Under the pieces are notes generated by a model, which worked only from the letters and a program-made list of their open reading frames with translations, had not been told where the DNA came from and made no database searches. A stretch of DNA of 55,430 bases from IMG/VR virus record IMGVR_UViG_3300038520_000575, positions 1-55,430 of that record. The stretch is one strand, 5' to 3'. Numbering within the stretch: the first letter of the stretch is position 1; the number at the start of each line of letters is the position of its first letter. Source of the stretch: a virus. Its lineage: Duplodnaviria > Caudoviricetes. Shown here piece after piece: positions 26,861 through 37,215 of this stretch. The position numbers and the translations under genes are program-made.

Positions 26861-29800
26861 TTATCTTGCATTTGCAAACTTGAAGGGGGTTTCAGCTATA
26901 GCCCAGTATACAAAAAAAACATTGCTATTATTAACAGCCCCTGTGGTATTTATCGCTCTAAATCCATTGCTTAAAAACTCTATTCTATCTGTTGTCGATT
27001 CTGCAGAGTTTGCATTTGGACTTAGGGAATTGTTATCAGAATTATAACCCAATCGTTTGTTATCACATAAAATCCAACTGGAATTACTACCGCTTCTAGC
27101 TTTTATCAAAACCCATGCAGGACGAAATCCTGTGTATACAAACGTTCCGTTAGGATTATCGGTATCATCTCGCCCGTTGCCTTCATATTCTCCAAACTTA
27201 GTGTACCCATCAAGACCTGCAGTACAGAAAGCAAGCATACCATCATTACTTCCGTTAGTTGCACTTGAAGTTCCTACCGTAAAAACATCCGCAGTTGGCT
27301 CTGTGTCGTTGAGTCTGATATCAGGACTCCCTCCCGGAGATTCCTGTTCATTTAATTTTAGACCTGCTGTTGCTCCCATTGATTTGTGATAGTACCACCA
27401 ATCAGAACCTCCAGTTAGATTTACAAAAAGCATCATATCAGGTTTTACACCAAGTCCATGTCCTACTGTGGTCACTGAGCCTGTGCCTGTGAACTTCGTA
27501 ATACTGATTTTAGACGTGTCATTTGCTGTCACCACAGACTGTGTTGCTCCCTTAAAATTAGAAGAACCGAATGTGGACTCAGTGTTTACTTGTCCCCCCA
27601 TACCAGAATGATTAGTACAATAGTAGTGTAGTGTAGGAGCAGGAGATGCAACAGTTATTCTAGTGTAAGCACCCGCTTGTCCGGGCGTACCCGAAGTGGT
27701 TACTCCTGTTGTATATTCACTTCCCCCGCCATGTGTGCCGTCTGAGGTAGTAGAAAATCTTAAAGGATGAGTAGCATTACTGCTATGAGATTGGTCAAAA
27801 GTGTATGTTCCCCCTTCCTGTAGGGTTATAGCTACACCCCCCGAACCAAAATCGTCAAACTCATACTTGTTTCCACTATCAGAAATAACCTCTACTGTAT
27901 ATGTTTGTGATTGAGCAGTATCATTTACCTTCCAGTTCCAAGATACATACTTTTCATTTGTAGTATTATAGGCTGCAGATGTTCCTAAAATAAAACCATT
28001 ATTTATAAAAGAAGTTAAACCATTAGAGTTAACATTCTCTGCAGGAACAGTAGAGTTGCTTGTTACCATCTCTCTGGTTGCCCCTCTAAGATTGTCTACC
28101 ATATAATGGTCATCAGACTGGTCTCTATTTTTAATCCATGTCCAGCCGGGTTGGAAGCCTACCGTATCAACTGTCTTTGCACCGCTAGATGCATAACTTA
28201 AATCATATATTGAACCTATTAACGGGACTCCCTGATTAGTAGAGTTGTTAGGTACATTTACTCCATCTATGGTAATGTCAAACCCTGCACTATTGTCAAA
28301 CAGAAAATAGTCATTGTAGTTACTACTACCGTCTCCATCGTTACGTATAACTGTTACAGGACTTGTACCACTCGAAGGTTTTATGTAGATACTTCCCGAC
28401 GTATATTGGGCATTAAAATTAGTTTGGTTTGTTATGGTAAAAACACCAGCACCTGTTGTTTCTACTTCTAAACGCTGTTCTGGATGAACAGAATTAGACT
28501 GAACACTCCACGTTGTCTCCGAGTGGGAAATAAATTCAGTTTTAAAAACATATCTTTCAATCGGAGTTTGATTTATTGTACCTGTCGTCCAAGTTCCAGA
28601 TAAGACACTACTATTGCTAGTAGAAGTGTTTTTTGTAGCTATACGAATATGGTCGCCTGCCTCATACGAATATTTAGCACCTATGGTTGCAGGGTAAACA
28701 GTAGTGCCATTATGTTGTGCGTAGAAAAGCAAAGCACGACCACTGCCGTCAATATAATCCCCTGTAGTACCGTCCCTTCTTGTTGTTGTGGTAGTAAGAG
28801 TAGTTATAGTTTGTTTCTGTGTTAATCCTGATATACCACCAAAATTAGAGGACGAAGCCACTGCGTAAACTGGAGAAGCATTCACATCTCCGCCCCCTGT
28901 GTACAACGTTGTTGTAAAATAATCCTCTGCTAAATCATTACCGTCACTAGGAAAGGTAGGTGTTGGAAGATTTCTAGAACACAACGCATAGTAGTTTGTT
29001 GGTACACTATATTTGAACGTGCCAAATCCACTGGCATCTGTGTTGCTTCCTGTACTAGTAAGGTTTACAAATGTATCGTCCTGCCCAAAGTTAACAGTAA
29101 ACTGTGAGCCTGCAGTGCTTGACTTGTTTAGTACGAAGGGTAAGTAATCCTTTGTTGCTATATCGGCTCGTGTATGTGTAAACTGGCTAGCTCCGTTCTT
29201 AAAAAACTGAATACTTCCTGACACACCATCTACAGCAACACCTATAATATCCCCTGCTGTATATGCCGCCCCTGCACTGCTTGTAGTAGAATTGTATTCA
29301 ACTTTATCACCATTATATTCATAGTAAATAGAGTTTGGATTTGCATCACTGTATATTCCTCCTCCCCCTTTTTCACTAGGGACAATACCTATAGCAGTTC
29401 CATCTCCTTGTGCATTTACGTACACTTCAAAGTAAAACTTACGACCTTTTAATGACATTGTGGCTGTAGCCATTCTAGTAGCATTACCGCTAGTTGCGAA
29501 CAATGCTCCTTCTCGTAACGTTATCGCACCCTTTGCGTTGAAATTTAAAGTTGCAAAGTTGTTAGTAGGACTATCAGGAACAACATCGTGAGCATTTAAG
29601 CTTGAAGCAGTAAAGTTATTGCTTCCACTCGCATCATTACCTATGTTAGAATTATCAGCAAAATTTAAATAAAACCCATTTGTTCCGTGTGTACCAGAAT
29701 ACGCTATTGGTATCCACACCCCTGATTTAGTTTCTCCAAAACTAGTGGGTGTTAATTGAGAACCATCTACAAAGTGTACTTCTGCCATATACCCGTCAAA

Positions 29801-30340
29801 ATCAGAAGCATCATCATAGCCTTGTACACCTAAAGTATGTTCTACGTTAACCTTGTTGAATAAAGTATCTGTATTTTGAGTTGGATATTGAGACTGACTT
29901 AACGTCAACAATTGTCCATTAACGTACAATTTTACTGTGTTTGCGGGTGTTGACTGTGTGGTATCAACTGCTACTAATACATGATACCACGCTGACGTAT
30001 CGTGAAACTTTGCATCTGATATTTGAACTACAGAAGTACCCGACCCCTGCCCCATATTGACACCACTCTCCCTAAAATAAACTCGTAGAGTTCCGTCAGT
30101 TTCAAAATAAATCATTGACCTAGTAGCAGAGGATGATGTGGCACTCCATATAAATTGTTGTGTGCCAAAAGTTGCTCTTTTTACCCAAGCACTAAACGTC
30201 CATGTTCTTCTGTTAGAGGACGAGCCAGAGGGAGTTCTGTGCAAATGAGAACTAGAATCATCATCAAATCTTAAAGATTTTGATATGTTGTAAGAATAAA
30301 ATTGGGTATCCCCACCTGCACCAATGCTAAATATACTCAT
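26861..30340 (-). CDS. Multidomain tail/receptor-binding protein (LamG + SPRY + C-terminal phage domain, two insertions)
   Basis: SLRF...WTFSAWVKR, WYHVLVAVD and DGYMAEVHF (LamG); FYFEV...GDIIGVAVD (SPRY); GFQPGWTWIK and GFRPAWVLIK. Confidence 0.75.
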   Translation of the reverse strand: MSIFSIGAGGDTQFYSYNISKSLRFDDDSSSHLHRTPSGSSSNRRTWTFSAWVKRATFGTQQFIWSATSSSATRSMIYFETDGTLRVYFRESGVNMGQGSGTSVVQISDAKFHDTSAWYHVLVAVDTTQSTPANTVKLYVNGQLLTLSQSQYPTQNTDTLFNKVNVEHTLGVQGYDDASDFDGYMAEVHFVDGSQLTPTSFGETKSGVWIPIAYSGTHGTNGFYLNFADNSNIGNDASGSNNFTASSLNAHDVVPDSPTNNFATLNFNAKGAITLREGALFATSGNATRMATATMSLKGRKFYFEVYVNAQGDGTAIGIVPSEKGGGGIYSDANPNSIYYEYNGDKVEYNSTTSSAGAAYTAGDIIGVAVDGVSGSIQFFKNGASQFTHTRADIATKDYLPFVLNKSSTAGSQFTVNFGQDDTFVNLTSTGSNTDASGFGTFKYSVPTNYYALCSRNLPTPTFPSDGNDLAEDYFTTTLYTGGGDVNASPVYAVASSSNFGGISGLTQKQTITTLTTTTTRRDGTTGDYIDGSGRALLFYAQHNGTTVYPATIGAKYSYEAGDHIRIATKNTSTSNSSVLSGTWTTGTINQTPIERYVFKTEFISHSETTWSVQSNSVHPEQRLEVETTGAGVFTITNQTNFNAQYTSGSIYIKPSSGTSPVTVIRNDGDGSSNYNDYFLFDNSAGFDITIDGVNVPNNSTNQGVPLIGSIYDLSYASSGAKTVDTVGFQPGWTWIKNRDQSDDHYMVDNLRGATREMVTSNSTVPAENVNSNGLTSFINNGFILGTSAAYNTTNEKYVSWNWKVNDTAQSQTYTVEVISDSGNKYEFDDFGSGGVAITLQEGGTYTFDQSHSSNATHPLRFSTTSDGTHGGGSEYTTGVTTSGTPGQAGAYTRITVASPAPTLHYYCTNHSGMGGQVNTESTFGSSNFKGATQSVVTANDTSKISITKFTGTGSVTTVGHGLGVKPDMMLFVNLTGGSDWWYYHKSMGATAGLKLNEQESPGGSPDIRLNDTEPTADVFTVGTSSATNGSNDGMLAFCTAGLDGYTKFGEYEGNGRDDTDNPNGTFVYTGFRPAWVLIKARSGSNSSWILCDNKRLGYNSDNNSLSPNANSAESTTDRIEFLSNGFRAINTTGAVNNSNVFFVYWAIAETPFKFANAR

Positions 30341-31941
30341 TAACTTGTTAAATTTCCTAAAAATGATTTTAAATTTGTTTGTCCTGAAGACCCTAATGAA
30401 TTTTGATTTAATTTAAATGAATAGTTAGGGTCATTTATCCGAACTACCAAATCACATATTCCCCCATCATATCCTCTAGCACTATTATGTTGTCCTAACT
30501 TTATAGGAAAATCTTTTGGTGTCCAGTTAGTAGGTATTGAGCTAGAACCAGTAGGAGTTACAAAAGTCACACTATTTCTGTTATATCCAGTAAGAACGCC
30601 CCCACAAGTTCCGTTAGCCCTGTCGACCCCCATATATACATAGTACCAGTTGTTAGCAGATACATTACTGTTTTGGTTTATTATTTGAGTCCTATGACTA
30701 TTATCATCGTCTACATAGACAAACGCGTCAAACTGTCTGTCATCAGTTCCACTAAATTCTAATGCAAATCCATTTGTATCTGATGGGGGAGAATCCAAAC
30801 AATTAGGGTCACCCCAATTAAAAATACGAGGAAAACCACTGCCTGTATTAGAGTTGCTTCCAATATAGAAATAAAATTCTACAGAAAGAGTATTAAAATA
30901 AGCACCTGTTAAATAATCATGCCAAGTGCCTGCTCCAATGTTAGGCTCGACTATACACGCATTTTCTACATCAAGGGTACGTAGATAGTTAAATAATTTA
31001 GGGGATGAGTCGGGTAAGGTTGACATACTCCTATAATTCGGTATGGTGCTTGCGCTTCCCCCATTGCCAACACCTGAGGTAGAGGCAACTTGTCCTTGAA
31101 ATGTATTATCAGAAATTGTAAACTTTGTAGAATTTGGTGGACTTAAAAATGTGCGTTGTGTTATAGAGTTATAATTTCCTTCTGCCTCATCGAACGAAGC
31201 ATACAGCACAATATCTTTACAGTTTGTATTCACTAATTCGTTGTATACACCATTATCATTTATATATACTGCCGCACGGGATAATTGCCTAGAAGTAGTG
31301 GTAGTCTGATTTTCGCTTGTTTGTTCAAATGTAAATCCGTCTGAGCCAGTAAGGGATGCCATATCCGATACTGGAGACGCACTTCTAACATCTCGAAATG
31401 CTCCTACTATTACAGGATGATTTCCAACACTTGACAAGTCAACAGTTTGAGCGGGCGGGTTGGTGTTACCCTCAAATGTATTTACAGAACCAACTGTTGT
31501 GCTAGTAATTGTAGAACTAGGTCTAATTAAGTATGTTATGTTTGCTTCATGCTCTGCATTCATTGTATTTTGTGTACTGTTTTCAGTGCCATCTAACACT
31601 TTAAAACTAACCACTGTTTTAAATTCGTTACCTGCGTCTATGTCCGTAACAGCAACCTGTGTAAAACCAGAAGGAACAACAGTGGTTGGCATAGCAGTTG
31701 AAGAGTTGTTAAAAGCTGAATTAAATATAATAGCAATATCTCCACTCTGTCTACCACTTGGGAGTGATGCATAGTGTTTTTGAACTGTAGTAATATCAGC
31801 AATACTTAAAGAGCCTGCCCCCTCTGCCTTAATAAAAAAACTACCTAAAGAAGCTTGGTTTCCCTCGTCAACAGCATCTACTGTAAAACTTGTTGAACCA
31901 CCCCCTAATATAGATGCAGACGATGTTATACCTAGTGTCAT
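30340..31941 (-). CDS. Tail-associated protein with C-terminal ConA/LamG-like domain
   Basis: ATG 31941 next to the upstream stop; SVEFYFY, NNWYYVY and GGICDL motifs; AT-rich. Confidence 0.6.
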   Translation of the reverse strand: MTLGITSSASILGGGSTSFTVDAVDEGNQASLGSFFIKAEGAGSLSIADITTVQKHYASLPSGRQSGDIAIIFNSAFNNSSTAMPTTVVPSGFTQVAVTDIDAGNEFKTVVSFKVLDGTENSTQNTMNAEHEANITYLIRPSSTITSTTVGSVNTFEGNTNPPAQTVDLSSVGNHPVIVGAFRDVRSASPVSDMASLTGSDGFTFEQTSENQTTTTSRQLSRAAVYINDNGVYNELVNTNCKDIVLYASFDEAEGNYNSITQRTFLSPPNSTKFTISDNTFQGQVASTSGVGNGGSASTIPNYRSMSTLPDSSPKLFNYLRTLDVENACIVEPNIGAGTWHDYLTGAYFNTLSVEFYFYIGSNSNTGSGFPRIFNWGDPNCLDSPPSDTNGFALEFSGTDDRQFDAFVYVDDDNSHRTQIINQNSNVSANNWYYVYMGVDRANGTCGGVLTGYNRNSVTFVTPTGSSSIPTNWTPKDFPIKLGQHNSARGYDGGICDLVVRINDPNYSFKLNQNSLGSSGQTNLKSFLGNLTS

Positions 31942-34900
31942 CACGACGTTGCTAAATCCCCCACAAGTATCCATGTATTCGTAGCAAGTTTTATACAGGT
32001 AGCTCCTGAATATTGCTCTCTAAACTTTAGAGAAGGAGTAGAGTTAACAGTTACTCCAGACCCCCCAGCTACTGTCACTTGCCCTGTTCCTAACTGAGCA
32101 AAATCAATTCTAGTTCCTACACCGTAAGCAACACTGCTGTTAGGTGGGATAGTTAGTGTAATTGGATTACTGTTAGTAAGTGTTACTAACTTACCCGCAT
32201 CAGATAAGACTGTAGTGTAGGATGTACCTGTCTGTGCATTTATAGTTTGTGCGGATGAAACACCAATACCTAAATCGGATGGTGTAATCTTTTTCATTGT
32301 TCCGCCATCGTCTACAAGAACGAAATCTGCATCACTACTAGATGTGGTGGTGGTTGGAGTGTCTGAATTACCTGTGGTGAGAACAGTGCCAGAAGCATCT
32401 GGTAATGATATAACTCTAGTGTCGTTAGGGTCAATTACGTTGAGAGTCGTCTCATAGGCATCAGCAGTAGAACCCTCAAATATAATGCCTCCAGTAAAAT
32501 ATCCTGCGCCTGTCGTTTGTGTTCCATAGCTCGTAGTACGAAATCGCTCCACATTATCTTGATATAGGATAACATCGCCATCTTCTATAAATCTTGCACT
32601 TGCTTCACCTGTTGTAGATTCGATTTTAACTTGATTGGTTTTTAGAACTAATATTCCATCTCCAGTATCTTCAATGTATGACGAACTACCATTGTGATAT
32701 ATTTCTAAATCTTGAGATGCGCCTAAACGTATCTTTTCACTATCCCCCAAATCAACGCCATCACTAGTAAGCACTCCTGTTATTGTTGCGCCCGTACTAG
32801 TTGTTACAAACTTTTGCGAACCACCATGATATAGGGCGGCTGACCCTGTGGAGTTATTAGCAATAAACCTTGCTACTAAGCCACCATCTTCATTCTCTAT
32901 GTCAAAATTTTTACCATCTACAGTTGAACGAAAGGCAAGACTAGCACTTGCTCCTGTGCTTCTTTGTAAAAAAGCCCACGGTCTTTCTGTGCCTAACCTT
33001 AAAACTTCCGTTCCATCCCCAGTTACATTGGCAGTAAGCCCCCCTGTGACTGTCGCACCAGTATTAGTAGTTTCAAATCTTTTAGTAGTATTATAATATA
33101 AATCTACAGAATTAGTTGGATAAAAAGTTGCAGAAGTCGTTCCACTAACACTACGAATCCTAGCGAAACTTGATAGTAGTCTTAATTCTCCAGTTCCATC
33201 CTCTTGAACATAACTATTAGTCCCATCATGATATATTTCTAAATCTTGGCTATCACCTAATCTTATCTTTTCATCATCACCTAAGTCTACACCATCAGCT
33301 ACTAACGTGCCTGTAATATCTAAACCTGTATTGGTCAATGACATCCGTTGTGGAACAGTCGTTCCAGATGGTGTTCCTGTTCTAAATTTAATTTCACCAG
33401 CGGGCATTAATTCAATGCCAGATGCAGTGCTGTTACTATTGATACCCATACTAGTAAAACCACCACTTTGATTTCTATAACCATTAGAAAACAATGAAAC
33501 AGCAAAAGAACCGTTTGAACCTAAATATCCGTAAGGTGTAAAGAACGCAGAGTTATCACCACTTCCCCACCAATCAGAAAAGTTAGTATAGGTGTTACCC
33601 TGCATTTGAATGTTATCAGAAACGGTAAGGTCGCCATTTATATTAGTATTACCAGAGGTATCTATTTCTAATGCCGCACCTGTGGCTAACCCTGCGCTTG
33701 TGGCTATTTTGAATTTATCACCATCGGAGTTATCAATGCCGACAGAATATTCTCTAGTGCCAGACAATATAAAATCTATAGCGGCATCACCAGTTCCGTC
33801 CTGTTCTACTTCAATTAAACCACCAAGAGATGCGTCATCTGCAAACGCTTTAAGCACCCCTGTGACTGTCGCACCAGTGCTGGTGGTTTCAAACTTTTTG
33901 CTATTATCGTGATATAATTCAACAGAACCGTTTACATTTGCAACAAGCATATTTTCTTGGTCATTGTCAGCAGTAAGTTTGATTGCACCAAAAGTGTTTT
34001 GACCTATATTTGTATCACCAGTTGTTCCGTAAATCCTAGAGTTTGTGCCATCATGAAATATGCGTAGGTCGTTCCCCGCACCTACAGATATATCTTCACT
34101 ATCTCCAACACTTATACCATCGGCTATCAAAGTTCCTGTGACTGTAGCACCAGTGTTGGTGGTTTCTATTTTTTTACTTCCGTTAAAGAAGAGTTCTACT
34201 GTATCGTCAACAACACAATTTATATAATCTTCCGTTCCATCTGCTTTTGAAAATTTCAAATTTGTAGCAGTAACAATAAGAGAACCAGTGCCAACATCTT
34301 TTATCCTTGAATTAGACCCATCGTGAAATATTTCTAAATCTAGGCTATCACCTAATCTTATCTTTTCATCATCACCTAAGTCTAGACCATCAGCAATAAG
34401 CACTCCTGTGATTGTTGCACCAGTAGATGATGTTTCTAACTTTTTGTTGTTATTGTGGTAAAGTTCTACTGCGCCATCAGATAGTCCTCTAATGTATCTT
34501 TCTCCAAGCGTAGTTTGTAGTGTAAGATTACTGGCTGAAATAAAAAGATTGCCAGAGCCAGACTCTGCTATATTTGTATGTCCAGTAGCAGAAATATGAT
34601 TGATGGTTAAATCACCACCAGTGCCGATTTTTAGTGATACATCATCGTTAAATGTCAAATTACCACTTGTTTTAGTAGCTCCTGTATCACTTCGTAAAAA
34701 TGATGCCGCTTCAATTCCATCTACTGTGTCGGCATCTACATTAGTTAGATTGCGTCCGTCTAATGTGATTATACGACCATTCTCGTCCAGAAACACTGCC
34801 TTGTCTGCTGGTTGTGTCACAAAAATGTCTCGTGTTCCAGACCCCCAGTCTACAGCACTATCAGAATTACTAGACTGCAGTATAGTTGTTCGAGCGAGTG

Positions 34901-35096
34901 TCGTGCCACTTGCTGTGTACGTCCCTATACCTATCTCAAAGTCTGAGCCATCCGTGCAACAATAGTAAGTGGTGTTTGCGTTACCAATAACAGAAAAACC
35001 TTCAAAGCCAGTAACTGCACCCTGAAGTGCATAAGCACTGCTTGTACCAGTGGTTGTCGTTGTTTCTTTTACACGGTCTTTTACAACAAGTGCCAC
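31941..35096 (-). CDS. Long tail fibre with repeated modules
   Basis: DRVKETTTTTGT N-terminus; repeated DEKIRLGDSxDLEIxHDG...KxETTxTGATxTG units; C-terminal adhesin-like domain. Confidence 0.78.
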   Translation of the reverse strand: MALVVKDRVKETTTTTGTSSAYALQGAVTGFEGFSVIGNANTTYYCCTDGSDFEIGIGTYTASGTTLARTTILQSSNSDSAVDWGSGTRDIFVTQPADKAVFLDENGRIITLDGRNLTNVDADTVDGIEAASFLRSDTGATKTSGNLTFNDDVSLKIGTGGDLTINHISATGHTNIAESGSGNLFISASNLTLQTTLGERYIRGLSDGAVELYHNNNKKLETSSTGATITGVLIADGLDLGDDEKIRLGDSLDLEIFHDGSNSRIKDVGTGSLIVTATNLKFSKADGTEDYINCVVDDTVELFFNGSKKIETTNTGATVTGTLIADGISVGDSEDISVGAGNDLRIFHDGTNSRIYGTTGDTNIGQNTFGAIKLTADNDQENMLVANVNGSVELYHDNSKKFETTSTGATVTGVLKAFADDASLGGLIEVEQDGTGDAAIDFILSGTREYSVGIDNSDGDKFKIATSAGLATGAALEIDTSGNTNINGDLTVSDNIQMQGNTYTNFSDWWGSGDNSAFFTPYGYLGSNGSFAVSLFSNGYRNQSGGFTSMGINSNSTASGIELMPAGEIKFRTGTPSGTTVPQRMSLTNTGLDITGTLVADGVDLGDDEKIRLGDSQDLEIYHDGTNSYVQEDGTGELRLLSSFARIRSVSGTTSATFYPTNSVDLYYNTTKRFETTNTGATVTGGLTANVTGDGTEVLRLGTERPWAFLQRSTGASASLAFRSTVDGKNFDIENEDGGLVARFIANNSTGSAALYHGGSQKFVTTSTGATITGVLTSDGVDLGDSEKIRLGASQDLEIYHNGSSSYIEDTGDGILVLKTNQVKIESTTGEASARFIEDGDVILYQDNVERFRTTSYGTQTTGAGYFTGGIIFEGSTADAYETTLNVIDPNDTRVISLPDASGTVLTTGNSDTPTTTTSSSDADFVLVDDGGTMKKITPSDLGIGVSSAQTINAQTGTSYTTVLSDAGKLVTLTNSNPITLTIPPNSSVAYGVGTRIDFAQLGTGQVTVAGGSGVTVNSTPSLKFREQYSGATCIKLATNTWILVGDLATS
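33233..34394. repeat. 67-bp direct repeat pair inside the tail fibre gene (33233-33299 / 34328-34394)
   Basis: Two mismatches over 67 nt by manual alignment. Confidence 0.8.
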
Positions 35097-35101
35097 AATA
35101 C

Positions 35102-35512
35102 CTAACCTTCTGTAATTGTTATCCCAGTATTAGCACTAAACTTTAAAGAATCATTAGCCTCTATGTTTTTACCAGACCCCGGCAAAGCACCATAATACAA
35201 CATATTACCAGCACCGTGACCAGAGTTATCCCATATACCAAAGTGTGTTACTGTTCCAAACCCACCATTGCTATTTGCAGTGAACGTAATATCAGCATTA
35301 TTTGTGGCTGTACCGTTTGTAGCATGACCAGCGTTAAAATTTATAGCCTGTCTAGAATAGTTGTTAGCGTTTGCTACCTCTGCTCCCGTGCCTGTTTCTG
35401 TGGGGTCAGCGGTATGCAGAGCAAGATACTTCTGTGTTACAAAAGTAGACTCTGTAGTTCCTAGAAAATGGTCTAACACTTGTTTCTCTAAATAATTAGA
35501 TTTTGACGACAT
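35102..35512 (-). CDS. Conserved phage structural protein
   Basis: SNYLE..LDH...YLALHTADP...YSRQ...GTVTHFGIWD motif. Confidence 0.65.
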   Translation of the reverse strand: MSSKSNYLEKQVLDHFLGTTESTFVTQKYLALHTADPTETGTGAEVANANNYSRQAINFNAGHATNGTATNNADITFTANSNGGFGTVTHFGIWDNSGHGAGNMLYYGALPGSGKNIEANDSLKFSANTGITITEG

Positions 35513-35522
35513 ATCTCACTCC

Positions 35523-35762
35523 TCATCTATATCGTTTTGTTTTAGCACGTATTTTTTTAGGTTGTTTGACGTGTTGTTTACCAGCTTTAGTTCCTTTTCT
35601 TTTAGCACGCGTGGTAGCCGCGTACTCTTGTGGCGACAACGCCTTGATAGCTGCTGTCGGTAGATACCGTTCTCCAGTTTTACTGGACGGTTTCCCACTC
35701 TTCGTTCTCCATTTCTGTTTTGTCCAGTTCTTTAAAGAACGTTGGCTCTTTTTTAAGGCCAT
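35523..35762 (-). CDS. Small basic protein (DUF5872-like)
   Basis: SLKNWTKQKWRTKSGK...GERYLP motif. Confidence 0.7.
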   Translation of the reverse strand: MALKKSQRSLKNWTKQKWRTKSGKPSSKTGERYLPTAAIKALSPQEYAATTRAKRKGTKAGKQHVKQPKKIRAKTKRYR

Positions 35763-35961
35763 TTTCTTTCTCCACCATTTTCATTACATACAGCAAAGTT
35801 TGTTCACGGGACTCATCTCTGTGCAGTTTATCCAGAGCATCGTCTATTTCATCCCACGACCAAGGTTTATTCTTTACTAGTAATTTTATTCTATCTAAAG
35901 ACCTTTCAACAGCAGTCTTGTATCGGGTATGTAAAGTATCTAGGATAAACGGGCCGTTCAT
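35680..35961 (-). CDS. Hypothetical protein with its own promoter
   Basis: AGGAG SD and an upstream sigma70 promoter; overlaps the next gene by 83 nt. Confidence 0.55.
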   Translation of the reverse strand: MNGPFILDTLHTRYKTAVERSLDRIKLLVKNKPWSWDEIDDALDKLHRDESREQTLLYVMKMVEKENGLKKEPTFFKELDKTEMENEEWETVQ

Positions 35962-35981
35962 AAAAAACTCCTAAATACTCT

Positions 35982-36010
35982 ATTATATAAATCAGACAAA
36001 GATTTAGCAA
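35982..36010 (-). promoter_or_regulatory. sigma70 promoter internal to the late region
   Basis: Minus strand TTGCTA-N17-TATAAT. Confidence 0.7.
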
Positions 36011-36015
36011 GTAGT

Positions 36016-36477
36016 TTATAAAGTCATAATTATAAAGACGACTAATCCGATAAAGACGACACATGCTGCAAAAACTGCGCCACCTATTTCTACGTTATGT
36101 ACAAGTTCTCTATGTCTACGTATCTTTTCTAAACGTGCCTGTCGTTCTGCTTCTTTTGCTTGCTGTATTCTCTTAGCTCGTTCCGCTATTATTCCTTCCC
36201 AGACACCGGGGCCAAAGCGCAGATTTATTAACTGCTTCATCTCCTGCATATGCTCTTGTGCAAGTCTAGCATTGATGGTTTCTTCTGCAATAGTATTTAC
36301 AGCAAAGGGGTCTTTCTGCGCTTTGCTTCGCTTCTTTTGTATCTGTTGTTCGCCCTCGAACAACCCATCTATATACTTTGCAATATCCCCTATATCATTG
36401 CAGGTGTTGATAGCCTTTTTTATTCCGTCCACACTCGCTTTGACAAGTGAGATACCTGCCATAGTTTCTGCTAGCAT
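36016..36477 (-). CDS. Hypothetical coiled-coil protein with C-terminal TM segment
   Basis: AAGGA SD; hydrophobic C-terminus. Confidence 0.7.
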   Translation of the reverse strand: MLAETMAGISLVKASVDGIKKAINTCNDIGDIAKYIDGLFEGEQQIQKKRSKAQKDPFAVNTIAEETINARLAQEHMQEMKQLINLRFGPGVWEGIIAERAKRIQQAKEAERQARLEKIRRHRELVHNVEIGGAVFAACVVFIGLVVFIIMTL

Positions 36478-36501
36478 TTAAGTTCCTTTCAAACTTTAGA
36501 G

Positions 36502-36852
36502 CTATTTGTAACCCCCGCCTGCTTTTTTATACTCACTAGCAAGCAACTGTGCTTTTCTTGCTGACCACTGCCCAGCCTTACCGCCTTTAGTCCCTGCCTT
36601 TATTCTGTTAAACAGCCTTTTTCTCATGCTGGGCTTAGTGTAGTTGCCAGCTTCATTAACTCTACTCTTGCTCTTCGTTTTAGGCTTCGACGATTTGCTA
36701 GCTTTTCTAACTTTGCCACCCTTCGCTTTTTCTTCAACATCCTTGATTTTACCCTTGTTTGCGGTTGCATAGAAGACTTGTTCACCTTTTTTAGCTCCGT
36801 AGGTTTTCTTCATAGAAGACATGATTTCTTTTCCTTTTTTGTTAAGTGGCAT
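36502..36852 (-). CDS. Small basic protein (two basic modules joined at KAKGGKV)
   Basis: MPLNKKGKEIM...VFYA module plus NYTKP...GQWSARKAQL...GGGY module. Confidence 0.7.
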   Translation of the reverse strand: MPLNKKGKEIMSSMKKTYGAKKGEQVFYATANKGKIKDVEEKAKGGKVRKASKSSKPKTKSKSRVNEAGNYTKPSMRKRLFNRIKAGTKGGKAGQWSARKAQLLASEYKKAGGGYK

Positions 36853-36861
36853 ACTCCTCTC

Positions 36862-37215
36862 CTATTTATTAGGGTCGTAGAACTCTTCTACAGCTAGAAG
36901 AGCTATAACTTGACTTGCACTAGACCCCACCCCAGATAGTGCATCCCCCGCATTCATAAAGAATGGTTTTCCATCGTCAAATACGTATACAATGTTTGTA
37001 GCTACTGCTATATTAAATGCGTCCAGTATCTGCTGTGCAGAACCACCAGACACAGTGACTGATAGGTCAAATGTCCTATCGCTAGTATCTTTGTTAGAGA
37101 ATGCAAGAAGTTTTATAACAGCCGAATGATTTGCGGGGCATGTATATATAGCTGTTGTAGATGTACCTAGTGGAACTGTCTTGCTTACAAACTTGACGAC
37201 ATTTAAATCAGGCAT
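36862..37215 (-). CDS. Hypothetical structural beta-sandwich protein
   Basis: IYTCPAN...N.D...GDAL pattern. Confidence 0.55.
   Translation of the reverse strand: MPDLNVVKFVSKTVPLGTSTTAIYTCPANHSAVIKLLAFSNKDTSDRTFDLSVTVSGGSAQQILDAFNIAVATNIVYVFDDGKPFFMNAGDALSGVGSSASQVIALLAVEEFYDPNK

Noticed and set aside
33233-34394. Diversity-generating retroelement TR/VR pair
   Set aside because: No reverse transcriptase is present, and both copies are in-frame fibre modules with only two differences.
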